Shown here: piece by piece, positions 1 through 8,956 of the stretch
Layout: every line of letters begins with the position of its first letter
How positions within the stretch are numbered: the first letter of the stretch is position 1
Assembly (NCBI GenBank): GCA_963850305.1
Contig: CAWKKR010000011.1
Span: forward strand, 288,001 to 352,000
DNA length: 64,000 nucleotides
Source of the DNA: an uncultured delta proteobacterium
Lineage (GTDB): Bacteria > Myxococcota_A > Polyangia > Polyangiales > Polyangiaceae
Reading direction: 5' to 3'
The notes under the pieces: generated by a model
What the model saw: only the letters and a program-made list of their open reading frames with translations
The model's database searches: none
Told to the model about the DNA's origin: nothing
Program-made: the position numbers and the translations under genes

Positions 1-159
1 ATCGGAAATAGCTACCTGGTCGGGACCACGGTGCTGCCGGGGCTTGGACAGGAGGGGGAGCTCATGGCGGCATCGAGCGCTGCGCGGCTGGTGACGCGAC
101 GGGATCGCGTGCGAGAAAAATTACGTCGCGAGATGTGGACGAAGCTCGAAACGGGTTGA
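1..159 (+). CDS. 3' end of a probable FAD-dependent oxidoreductase (phytoene-dehydrogenase-like); partial
   Basis: Frame 1 is open from base 1 to TGA at 157-159: IGNSYLVGTTVLPGLGQEGELMAASSAARLV..., resembling the C-terminal flavoprotein motif (LPGLGxEG..AA). Confidence 0.55.
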   Translation: MGNSYLVGTTVLPGLGQEGELMAASSAARLVTRRDRVREKLRREMWTKLETG

Positions 160-204
160 GGCCGACCTCCCGAGTCTCGACAGAAGGGCCTGGAAGGAAC
201 ATTC

Positions 205-771
205 ATGCGAGTCATCGCTGGTCGCTATCGAGGTCGCCCGCTGCGCGCACCGCGCGGCTTGACGACACGCCCCACCCTCGATCGGGCACGGGAAGCGATC
301 TTCATGATCCTCGGCGACCTGTCGGGGTGTCGAGCGATCGATTTCTACGCGGGCACGGGCGCTCTCGGGATCGAGGCGCTGTCGCGCGGAGCCGTGCACG
401 CGACGTTCGTGGAATCCGATCACGCCGCCGCGAAGACCATCCGGGACAATCTCGAGCGTCTGGGAGCAACGGCGTCGGCATCCGTCCTGGAGGTTCAAGC
501 AGAGAAAGCGCGCGCCCGCATCGAGCGCCTCGCGCCGTTCGATCTGGTGTTGTCGGATCCGCCGTGGCGCATCGCACAAGAGTCGGCGCTCTCGGTGGCA
601 CGCTTCACCCACGGGCTGGTCAATCCGTCGGGCCGAGTGCTCCTGGGTCACCCCGCGGCGAGCCCGGTGGAGGTGCCCGAGAGCAGTGGCTTGGTCCTCG
701 TCGATCGCCGGAACTGGGGAGGCTCGGGCATGTCCTTCTTCGAAATATCCAACAAGTCCGATGATTTGTAG
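205..771 (+). CDS. rsmD: 16S rRNA (guanine(966)-N2)-methyltransferase
   Basis: MRVIAGRYRGRPL, TRPT, DFYAGTGALGIEALSRGA and SDPPW motifs. Confidence 0.93.
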   Translation: MRVIAGRYRGRPLRAPRGLTTRPTLDRAREAIFMILGDLSGCRAIDFYAGTGALGIEALSRGAVHATFVESDHAAAKTIRDNLERLGATASASVLEVQAEKARARIERLAPFDLVLSDPPWRIAQESALSVARFTHGLVNPSGRVLLGHPAASPVEVPESSGLVLVDRRNWGGSGMSFFEISNKSDDL

Positions 772-858
772 AATCGGGTGGCCTAGGCTGGAAAAGCCTG
801 TTCTCTTCTCGTAGTAGCGTCCCTCTTCGTCAATGACTCAGCGTATCTACAAGAGAAA

Positions 859-1461
859 ATGGGAATGACGCAGACCTCGATGCCGCCGCCCCCGCCAACG
901 CACTCCGGTGGCCGAGCCTTCATCGGCGTGATCATCGTCATGCTGCTCATGATGGGCGGGTTACTCTACTGGAAATTCGGCAAGAAAGACGCACCTCCGC
1001 CGCCGGCTCCGATTCCATCGCAGACGGCCGCGGCCCTGCCGACATTCGACGAAGCCCCACCACCACCGCCGCCGGCCGAGCCCGACGCGGGCAAAAAAGA
1101 GGCGCCGACGAAGAGGCACGTCGTGTCGTCCGGCGGGAATGGCGGATGCAACGCGGTGTGCTCGGGCGACGCGCCTGCCGCACTTCGCGGCGCACTCAGC
1201 GGAGCGGCGGGAAGCGTGCGCGGCTGTTATGAACGCGCCTTGCGTCAAAACCAGATGCTGCAAGGCCGCCTCGTCGTGGCAGTGAAAATCGGTCCGCACG
1301 GCCAATCGTGCGGCGCCAGCATCTCGACCGACACCCTCGGCGACCCGTCCGTAGCAAGCTGCGTGCTCCAGAAGTTCCGCGGAGGATCGTTCCCTCCGCC
1401 GATTGGGGGTTGCGCTGACCTCCAGGTTCCGATTTCATTCATGCCGAAGACGGGCAAATGA
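859..1461 (+). CDS. Membrane-anchored protein with Pro-rich linker and AgmX/PglI (TonB-C-like) C-terminal domain
   Basis: One N-terminal TM helix, poly-Pro linker, then VRGCYERALRQNQMLQGRL...VASCV...FPPP...VPISF. Confidence 0.75.
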   Translation: MGMTQTSMPPPPPTHSGGRAFIGVIIVMLLMMGGLLYWKFGKKDAPPPPAPIPSQTAAALPTFDEAPPPPPPAEPDAGKKEAPTKRHVVSSGGNGGCNAVCSGDAPAALRGALSGAAGSVRGCYERALRQNQMLQGRLVVAVKIGPHGQSCGASISTDTLGDPSVASCVLQKFRGGSFPPPIGGCADLQVPISFMPKTGK

Positions 1462-1739
1462 CGATACGGAGAAACCCGGGTGCGCTTGTGCTGGCGTCGC
1501 TATGTGCGCTCGGGCTCTTCGCCTGCGGCGAGGACGGGAAGACGATTCCCGACGGCACCTGTCCCGAGTTGCCGCTCTTTCATTATGCGTGGGTCGATGC
1601 AGGCCGAGGCGAATGGGTCCGTCGCGACCCGAGCGGGAAGCCGCTCACGGCCGCCGAGGAGCATACGATCGACACGGCGCCGGCGACGTGCGTGACACAC
1701 GCTGGCAACGCCGTGTCGCTCGAAGCCGGCGTCCATTGA
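1458..1739 (+). CDS. Small lipoprotein, unknown function
   Basis: Hydrophobic signal with lipobox LFAC; ATGA overlap with the upstream gene. Confidence 0.6.
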   Translation: MTIRRNPGALVLASLCALGLFACGEDGKTIPDGTCPELPLFHYAWVDAGRGEWVRRDPSGKPLTAAEEHTIDTAPATCVTHAGNAVSLEAGVH

Positions 1740-1746
1740 AGCCGTC

Positions 1747-2550
1747 ATGGATCGAGAGGAACGCTTCGGCGTTCTCCTGACGGTCGCCTACGACGGCTCG
1801 CGCTTCGCCGGATTCGCGCGGCAACCGGAGGCGCGCACGATCGCCGGCGAGCTCGACGGAGCCGTGCGCGCGATCGATGCGACCGCGTCGCTCGTGCGCG
1901 GAGCCAGTCGCACCGACAGCGGCGTGCATGCACTCACGCAACGGGTGGCGTTCGACACGCGCATGGACATTCCATCTCGCGGCTGGGCGCTCGCATTGAA
2001 GCAGCACCTGAGCGACGAGATCTCCATCGTGCGCGCCGCGCGCGTCGACGCCGCCTACGATCCGCGCGGTCACGCGTTACGCAAAACCTATCGCTACGTC
2101 CTGCTTGCGTCCGCGGTCCACGATCCGTTCCTGCACGAACGCGCCTGGCGCATCGGAGACAGGTTGAACCTCGAACTACTTCGCGAAGAGGCTGACGCGC
2201 TCGTCGGTCGGCATGATTTTCACGCGTTCCGCACTTCGGGCGACCGGCGGACGGACACGGTGCGCACGATCTTTCGCGTCGGCATCCGTGCCGGTGCTCC
2301 CGATCCACGCTGCGTGACTTTAGAGATGGAGGGAGACCGGTTTCTCCACAAAATGGTTCGCATTGCGACCGGCACACTGGTCGATGTCGCGCGCGGTCGA
2401 TTGAAGCCAGGCGCGATCAAACGCGGTCTCACGACCCGCAACCGCAATGTTCTCGGCATCACTGCCCCGCCCGATGGTCTGTATCTCGCATCGCTCGATC
2501 TGGACGACGAGGGTTGCGACAACTGGCCAGACCACTTGTCCGCTCGTTGA
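1747..2550 (+). CDS. truA: tRNA pseudouridine(38-40) synthase
   Basis: AYDGSRFAGF, ASRTDSGVHA (catalytic Asp), HDFHAF, FLHKMVR and TAPPDGLYL motifs. Confidence 0.95.
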   Translation: MDREERFGVLLTVAYDGSRFAGFARQPEARTIAGELDGAVRAIDATASLVRGASRTDSGVHALTQRVAFDTRMDIPSRGWALALKQHLSDEISIVRAARVDAAYDPRGHALRKTYRYVLLASAVHDPFLHERAWRIGDRLNLELLREEADALVGRHDFHAFRTSGDRRTDTVRTIFRVGIRAGAPDPRCVTLEMEGDRFLHKMVRIATGTLVDVARGRLKPGAIKRGLTTRNRNVLGITAPPDGLYLASLDLDDEGCDNWPDHLSAR

Positions 2551-2577
2551 CTTGGACCAGTTTTTTTGCGATAGCGT
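2547..2577 (+). promoter_or_regulatory. Candidate sigma70-type promoter for spt-bCerS, with a T7 tract in the spacer
   Basis: TTGACT (2547-2552), 19-nt spacer containing TTTTTTT (2561-2567), TAGCGT (2572-2577). Confidence 0.3.
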
Positions 2578-2681
2578 AGCGGGCGCGCGGACCGACTTCG
2601 ACGAACGAACGGCCTCGCGCTGGTTGAACCAGACGCCTTCGCAGCGAAGCGTCTGAATACTGTCTCAGGAGCGACCAGATA

Positions 2682-4296
2682 ATGGGCCTCACCAAAAAGC
2701 TCACCAGCCGAGGCAAGCAGATCGTGCTGAATCCCACCGTGATGCGGCTCATCTCGGACGATCGGGTGATGAAAGCCGCAGAGGGTGTGATGGACGCGCG
2801 AACCCGCGTTCGCGCTGCGTGGAAGGTGCTCCTGGACGGGCATGATCTTCCGTCCGTCGATCCATCTCTCGACGACTTCATCGGTGAGTCCGCGCCGCTG
2901 GCGCCGAATGGCAAGAACGGACACAACGGTCACGCCACTCCCCATGTGCGCCTCAAGAACGGTAATGGCGCCGACCGCGCGCCGCACACGCCGCCCGCAA
3001 CGATCAGCGGCGGAATATCGCGTTCCGATTCGGCGACGCTCGATCGAGCGCTGAAAGAACGGACATCGCTCGCCGGCATAGCCGGCAAGGACGTCTTCGA
3101 GAAATGCTTCCAGTTCCTCGCGGCCGATAACGCGCGGAAGATGGGCATGTATCCGTTCTTCCGTCCGCTCGATCTCAACGACGGCCCGGAAGCGGTGATC
3201 GACGGACGACGAGTCGTCATGTTCGGCTCGAACAACTATCTCGGGCTCACGACGCACCCGAAGGTTCGCGAAGCTGCGAAGGCGGCAATCGATCGCTTCG
3301 GGACGAGCATGACGGGCTCGCGCCTCGTCAACGGCTCGATGAAGCTGCACAACGAGTTCGAGGAGAAACTCGCCGCGTTCTTCGGAAAGGAAGCCGCTCT
3401 CGTCTTCACCACCGGATACCAGGCGAATCTCGCAACGTGCGCGGCGCTCCTGTCGAACAAGCGAACGGTGGCGGTCATCGATCGCAACGTGCACGCGTCG
3501 ATCTACGACGGAGTACGGCTCGGCCAGTCCGCAGGAACTCGCCTCGTGCGCTACAAGCACTCCGACGCCGACTCGCTCGACGCGGCGCTGTCGCGCCTCG
3601 ACGAGGGCGAGGGCGCGCTCGTCATGACCGACGGCGTGTTCAGCGCAGAGGGTGAGATCGCGAAACTCGATCAGATCGTTCCGGTCGTGAAGAAGCACGG
3701 CGCGCGGCTCTTCGTCGACGATGCGCATGCGCTCGGCGTGATCGGGCCCGACGGCAGAGGCACCGCGTTCCACTTCAACCTGCAGGATCAGGTCGACCTC
3801 ATCAGCGGCACGTTCTCGAAGTCCATGGCGAGCATCGGCGGCTGGCTCGTGGGAGAGCGCAAGGTGCTCGATTACGTCCAGCATTTCGCGCCGAGCTTCA
3901 TGTTCGCGGCGAGCGCGGCTCCGCCGAACGTGGCGGCCGCGATGGCGGCGTTCGACGTGATGAAGGAAGAGAGCTGGCGCATCGACAAGCTCCGCGAAAA
4001 CTTCACGTACATGCGTACGGAGCTCGCGGGCATGGGCTTCGAACTCGGACGGACCGAGACGGCCGTCATCCCCATCTACGTTCGACAGGACCTCCGCACG
4101 CTCTTGATGTGGCGAGAGCTCCTGGAGGAGCAGGGCGTATACGTGAACCCCTTCATCTCCCCGGGCGTTCCGCCGAAGCACGCCATGCTCCGCACGAGCT
4201 ACATGGCCACACACGAGCGAGTCCACCTGGATCGGGGGCTCGAAGCGTTTTACAAGGCCGGAAAGAAGTTCGGGGTTATTTCAGCGAGCCTCGTAG
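2682..4296 (+). CDS. spt: Serine palmitoyltransferase (alpha-oxoamine synthase family) with an approximately 130-aa N-terminal extension; probable +1 indel near 4281 (the raw ORF runs on to 4520)
   Basis: FGSNNYLGL, MTGSRLVNG, HASIYDG, DDAH and GTFSKS (PLP lysine, SPT-type rather than BioF-type). Homology ends at GKKFGVI. Removing one T from TTT at 4279-4281 gives a stop at TAG 4294-4296. Confidence 0.8.
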
Positions 4297-4332
4297 TTGA
4301 CGCGGCACGTCAGGTACGGGTAGCACCGCGGC

Positions 4333-5463
4333 ATGTCCGTCGAGATCCGCGAGAACCCAGTCGGGGGCGGCAGCCTGCGGGATTTCCTGAACGTCGTCGA
4401 CTACATCTACCGCGACGACCCGAATTACGTCCGCCCGCTCGACATGATGGTCAAAGACCAGCTGTCGACGAAGAACCCGTTCTTCGAGCACGGCGAGGGC
4501 GTGTTGTTCACTGCGTATAGGAACGGCTGGTGTGTCGGCCGTTGCTCGGCACAGATCGATCGCCTGCACCTTGCCCGCTACAAGGACGACGTCGGCTTCT
4601 TCGGCTTCTTCGACACGATCGACGATGAAGAGGTGGCCTCCGCCTTGATCGACGCCGCGAGGCGCTGGCTGAAAAACCGTGGAATGAAGCACATCCGTGG
4701 ACCGCTCTCCCTCTGTATCAACGAGGAGATCGGTTGCCTGGTGGAAGGCTTCGACACTCCGCCGATGATGTTCATGACGCATCATCATCCGTACCAGGGC
4801 GGCCTGATCGAGAAAGCCGGCATCCCGAAGATCAAGGACTTCTACGCCTGGCGCTACGAGGTCGGCGACCTGCCTCCGCGCGCCGCCAAGGCCACGGCCG
4901 AGATCGAGCAGCTCCCCGAGGTGAGCGCCCGGCACGTGGACATGAAGAATCTCGAGCGCGACGTCCGGATCGTGATGAACGTTTTCAACGACGCCTGGAC
5001 GGAAAATTGGGGATTCGTGCCTTTCACGGAGTCCGAGCTCCGGAAGATGGCGAAAGATCTGAAGCTCATCATCGACCCCGCCATCACGTATATCGCCTAC
5101 GTGGATGGGGAACCCGCAGCCGTCGCCCTGGCCACACCGAACCTGAACGAGGTCATCCGTGATCTCGACGGGAAGATATTGCCGCTCGGCTTCACGAAGC
5201 TCATTTACCGCCTCAAAGTTCGCGGCACGAAGACGGCGCGACTCGCGATCCTCGGGATCAAGAGGAAGTTCAGGCACCAGCGAAAGTACGCCGGCCTCAG
5301 CATTTACCTGTACTCGAAGATGAACGATGCCGGCCGACGCGCGGGCTACCGCTGGGGCGAATTGTCCTGGACGCTCGAGGACAATGGCCCCGTGAACGTC
5401 GGAATCAAGTTCATGGGCGGCAAGGTCTACAAGAAGTACCGGATGTACCAGGCCGACCTCTGA
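4333..5463 (+). CDS. GNAT-fold N-acyltransferase, bacterial ceramide synthase (bCerS/YghO-like)
   Basis: YRDDPNYVRPL, NPFFEH, GFFGFFD, IRGP, EIGCLVEGFDTPP, WTENWGFVP, ELSWTLEDN and YKKYRMY; directly downstream of spt. Confidence 0.8.
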   Translation: MSVEIRENPVGGGSLRDFLNVVDYIYRDDPNYVRPLDMMVKDQLSTKNPFFEHGEGVLFTAYRNGWCVGRCSAQIDRLHLARYKDDVGFFGFFDTIDDEEVASALIDAARRWLKNRGMKHIRGPLSLCINEEIGCLVEGFDTPPMMFMTHHHPYQGGLIEKAGIPKIKDFYAWRYEVGDLPPRAAKATAEIEQLPEVSARHVDMKNLERDVRIVMNVFNDAWTENWGFVPFTESELRKMAKDLKLIIDPAITYIAYVDGEPAAVALATPNLNEVIRDLDGKILPLGFTKLIYRLKVRGTKTARLAILGIKRKFRHQRKYAGLSIYLYSKMNDAGRRAGYRWGELSWTLEDNGPVNVGIKFMGGKVYKKYRMYQADL

Positions 5464-5512
5464 AATCCGACGCTCTTCCGACCCACTCCCGATGCGAGTA
5501 TGATTCGTCTTC

Positions 5513-8500
5513 GTGACGACGCTCGGCCGTACACTGGCTGGAGTGACAGCGGCGGTCGCGCTGCTTGCGGGATGTGAACGGCCGCGCCACTCCGCGGCGG
5601 CGTCAATCCACGCGCCCGCTGTGTCTGCGACGGGTCGCGCGGGTTCGGGGATCGAAGTAAATATTCGAGACGCCGCGTCGGGTACGTCGGTGGCCATCGC
5701 GCTCGCGGAGATTCCGGCGGGCGGCGTGCACTCCAATATTCTCGGCGCCGTCCACGACCGGACGGAAGATTTCGTCTCCTTCGCGAAGAGGCCGCCCGTC
5801 GAGGAGGTTCGCTATCGCGCGCGCGTCCACGCGGCGGGACTGCGGCTCGTCGCTGGCGTCCTCGAACTGCTCGACGCGAAGGGCGCTCCCCGTGTTCGCA
5901 TGGCGGCGCCTTTCGTCGTGGATCGCGGCGGACGGCACCACGACACGGTGGTGGCCCTCGAAGGGTGCGCCGCAGACCGCGATCCGGCGGGCCCCTGGGG
6001 TCGTCCCGTCACGCCGCCGGGCGCGCATGAGTGCAGCCTTCGCGTCACGTGGGGTACGAGCGGCGATCGCATCCGGTATCCGGCCGTCCTCGACCCCGCG
6101 TGGACCGCAGCGACCAACACGATGACGTCGGCGCGGAAGGGACACACTGCGACGCTCCTCTCGACCGGAAAGGTCCTCATCGTCGGCGGCGAGACCACGA
6201 GCGGACAGACGACGACGCACCTGAAGACCGCGGAGCTCTTCGATCCGACGACGAGCACGTTCGCAGCGACGACGTCGATGACCGACGGAAGATCGTTTCA
6301 CGCGGCGGTGCTACTTCAGAATGGAAATGTTCTCGTCGCAGGCGGCTCGGGTGACTCGGGTGTCCTTTCGTCGAGCGAGATCTACGATCTCTCCAAGCCT
6401 GGATTCCGGAGTTCGGGGCCGCTGAAGCAAGCCCGGAGCGAGCCCGGAGCGACACTCCTGACGACCGGAGACGTTCTTCTCACCGGCGGCATCGACGGCT
6501 CGGGAACCGTGCTGAAGGAAGCGGAGGTTTTCGCGACGGCGGGAGAAGTGTGGAGCGTGAAGGGAGACATGACCGAACGCCGGACGGGTGACTTCGTCGC
6601 CGTGTTGAATTCTGGGGCGCTCGCCATTGCCGGAATCACGACGACGACCGGCCTCGCGGATCTCGCGGATTCCGATCTGTACGGCGAGGCGAGCGGCACC
6701 TTCAGCGCCGGGCCGAACCTGTCCCAGGAACGTTTCTACTTCGGTGGTGCCACTCTCTCGAACGGCAACGTGCTCGTCGCGGGCGGATTCGCTCTGTCGC
6801 TCGGCATGAATACCTCGACGGCGGAGTTGCTCGATCATGACTCGGTGACGTGGTCGAGCGCCGGATCTCTCGCGATAGGGCGGGCGCACTTCGCACTCAC
6901 TGCCGTGTCGGCCGGAGCCGCCGTCGCGACGGGCGGCGTCGTGATGACCAATGCGACAACCGTCGGCTCCTATCTCGCGAGTGCCGAACTGTACGACCCC
7001 ATCGCGAATTCGTGGTCGGCCTTGCCGGACATGCATCAGCCGAGAGCGTTTCATACGGCGACGGCACTCCCGGACGGGAGATTGCTCGTGACGGGCGGGG
7101 AAGGCTCTTCGGGACAGCTCGATACCGCGGAGCTGCTGTCGCTCGACGCCGTGGGAAAGCCCTGCGCGACGGGCGTGACCTGTACGTCCGGGTTCTGCGC
7201 TGACGGAGTGTGCTGCGCTTCGGCGTGCGGCGCACCCTGTTATGCCTGCACGGGTGCCAGCACCGGTGAACCCGATGGCACCTGCGCCCCCGTGCTTGCC
7301 GCGAAGGACCCGCGGAACGACTGCACGGATGACGGCGCCACGGTGTGTGGAAATGACGGCCTCTGCGACGGCGCGGGTGCCTGCCAGAAATACGCGAAGA
7401 ACCCCTGCGCCCCCGAGCCTTGCGCGGCGAACTCGGACTGCACGAGCGGCGCGTGCGCGGACGGGATCTGCTGCGACGGCGCGTGCACCGGCACCTGCGA
7501 AGCATGCACCGCCGCGAAGAAGGGGGCCGGCGCGGACGGCACTTGCGGGCCCGTCGCCGCGGGGACCGACCCCGATACGGAATGTTCGACCATGGGCGAT
7601 GGTGTCTGTCGCGCGCTCGGCACTTGCGACGGGTCCGGCTCATGTGGGGTACCGACGGCCGGGACGTCCTGCGCGACCGCCGCATGTTCGGATCGTCAAA
7701 CCCTGGCCGCCGCCGCCGTGTGCGGGAACCTCGGCGATTGCACGCCGTCGAAGACGGACTGTTCGCCGTTCGCGTGCGACGCCGTGGCGTTGAAATGCAA
7801 AGTAGCCTGCACGACGGACACGGACTGCGCTGCAGCCGCACATTGCACGGCAGGGCTCTGCAAGAAGGACGCAAACGGGGTTGCGTGCACGGACGGGACC
7901 ACCTGTGCGTCCGGAAACTGTGCGGACCGATATTGCTGTGACTCGGCGTGCGACGAACAGTGTGAGGCGTGCGACGTCGCCAATTCCGAGGGGACCTGCT
8001 CACCGGTTTCCGGAGCGCCGCACGGCTCGCGCAGCGCGTGTCCCGGAACGGGGGGTTGCGCCGGAGTGTGCAACGGGCTCTCGAGCACGTGCATCTTCCG
8101 GAGCGGCACGCCGTGCGGCGCCACGACGTGCACGGCGGGGAGCGAGTCGGGTCTCGTTTGCAATGCGCTCGGCGCGTGCGTTACCGAGCCTGCAGTGACG
8201 TGCGCGCCTTTCGCCTGTGGCACGACATCCTGCAAGACGTCGTGCACGACGAGCACGGATTGCGCGACGGGAGCGACGTGCGAAGCGGACGGCGCGTGCG
8301 TCGCGCCGGAGAGCGGCTGCGCCGACGGCGGCGTCGCAACGGAATGCGCGCCTTATGGTTGCACGGGCAACGCGTGCAAGACCTCGTGCAAGGCGGACGA
8401 TGACTGCGCCAAAGGCGCTACATGCAGCGCCGGGAAGTGCGTGAAGGGCTCCTCGGGCGGCGGCTGCGGCTGTCGCATCGGCTCCGGCACCGGCAGCCAC

Positions 8501-8668
8501 GATGGCCTCACGTTCGGAGCGCTGATCGCGCTACTCGGGCTCGCCCTCCGACGCGCGGAAAGGCGGCGACGCGGATCCCGCCCCGATCAGTCGCCGATCG
8601 CGTGGGCCTGCGCGGCGATTGGGCGCCGCAAGCGTATCTCGGAGTCCAGAGGCGTATCGGGTTGGTAG
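5513..8668 (+). CDS. Large surface protein: lipoprotein-like signal, Kelch beta-propeller, Cys-rich repeats, MYXO-CTERM-like tail
   Basis: LAGC lipobox; about six Kelch repeats (R..HTATLL..GKVLIVGG...AELFDP); three CxSGxCxDxxCCxxAC modules; GGGCGCR + TM + RRAERRRR tail. Confidence 0.85.
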   Translation: MTTLGRTLAGVTAAVALLAGCERPRHSAAASIHAPAVSATGRAGSGIEVNIRDAASGTSVAIALAEIPAGGVHSNILGAVHDRTEDFVSFAKRPPVEEVRYRARVHAAGLRLVAGVLELLDAKGAPRVRMAAPFVVDRGGRHHDTVVALEGCAADRDPAGPWGRPVTPPGAHECSLRVTWGTSGDRIRYPAVLDPAWTAATNTMTSARKGHTATLLSTGKVLIVGGETTSGQTTTHLKTAELFDPTTSTFAATTSMTDGRSFHAAVLLQNGNVLVAGGSGDSGVLSSSEIYDLSKPGFRSSGPLKQARSEPGATLLTTGDVLLTGGIDGSGTVLKEAEVFATAGEVWSVKGDMTERRTGDFVAVLNSGALAIAGITTTTGLADLADSDLYGEASGTFSAGPNLSQERFYFGGATLSNGNVLVAGGFALSLGMNTSTAELLDHDSVTWSSAGSLAIGRAHFALTAVSAGAAVATGGVVMTNATTVGSYLASAELYDPIANSWSALPDMHQPRAFHTATALPDGRLLVTGGEGSSGQLDTAELLSLDAVGKPCATGVTCTSGFCADGVCCASACGAPCYACTGASTGEPDGTCAPVLAAKDPRNDCTDDGATVCGNDGLCDGAGACQKYAKNPCAPEPCAANSDCTSGACADGICCDGACTGTCEACTAAKKGAGADGTCGPVAAGTDPDTECSTMGDGVCRALGTCDGSGSCGVPTAGTSCATAACSDRQTLAAAAVCGNLGDCTPSKTDCSPFACDAVALKCKVACTTDTDCAAAAHCTAGLCKKDANGVACTDGTTCASGNCADRYCCDSACDEQCEACDVANSEGTCSPVSGAPHGSRSACPGTGGCAGVCNGLSSTCIFRSGTPCGATTCTAGSESGLVCNALGACVTEPAVTCAPFACGTTSCKTSCTTSTDCATGATCEADGACVAPESGCADGGVATECAPYGCTGNACKTSCKADDDCAKGATCSAGKCVKGSSGGGCGCRIGSGTGSHDGLTFGALIALLGLALRRAERRRRGSRPDQSPIAWACAAIGRRKRISESRGVSGW

Positions 8669-8865
8669 TGCGGCGTGAAGGGCCCCTCGTACGCGATGAG
8701 GCGGCGGCGCAGCGCGGCGCTCTCGTGCCGAAGTCCCTGTGCTTCGGCGGCAATGCGCACGAGGGCAATCGCCAGAAATACCACGGCAGACCAGTACGGC
8801 CCCCCGAGCGCCCAGGCTCCGAGCGCGAAGGACCAGTTGAACATCAGACCCGTGTAGTGACCCAC
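8587..8865 (-). CDS. Small predicted membrane protein
   Basis: Hydrophobic N-half (FNWSFALGAWALGGPYWSAVVFLAIALV) followed by a short coiled segment; overlaps the 3' tail of the Kelch ORF. Confidence 0.4.
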   Translation of the reverse strand: MGHYTGLMFNWSFALGAWALGGPYWSAVVFLAIALVRIAAEAQGLRHESAALRRRLIAYEGPFTPHYQPDTPLDSEIRLRRPIAAQAHAIGD

Positions 8866-8956
8866 GGTGCGAATGAGACGCCAAAATTCCCGACCGGGCC
8901 AAGCGAACGCCTGCGTTTTGTCGCCCGGCCCGCTTCAGTAACGGGCGCGAAGGTCT

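Noticed and set aside
2220..4226. Long antisense ORFs (also 4276-5736, 29780-31036, 41811-43103 and others)
   Set aside because: Typical stop-poor antisense shadows of high-GC3 genes, with no motifs.
2682..4296. bioF or kbl assignment
   Set aside because: GTFSKS and TGSRxxNG motifs and the adjacent ceramide-synthase-like gene favour Spt; no bio or tdh genes are nearby.
4280..4520. Programmed frameshift giving an Spt-ceramide synthase fusion
   Set aside because: The downstream gene's frame has stops at 4294-4296 and 4321-4323 before its ATG, and no slippery site follows them. A single-base error is simpler.
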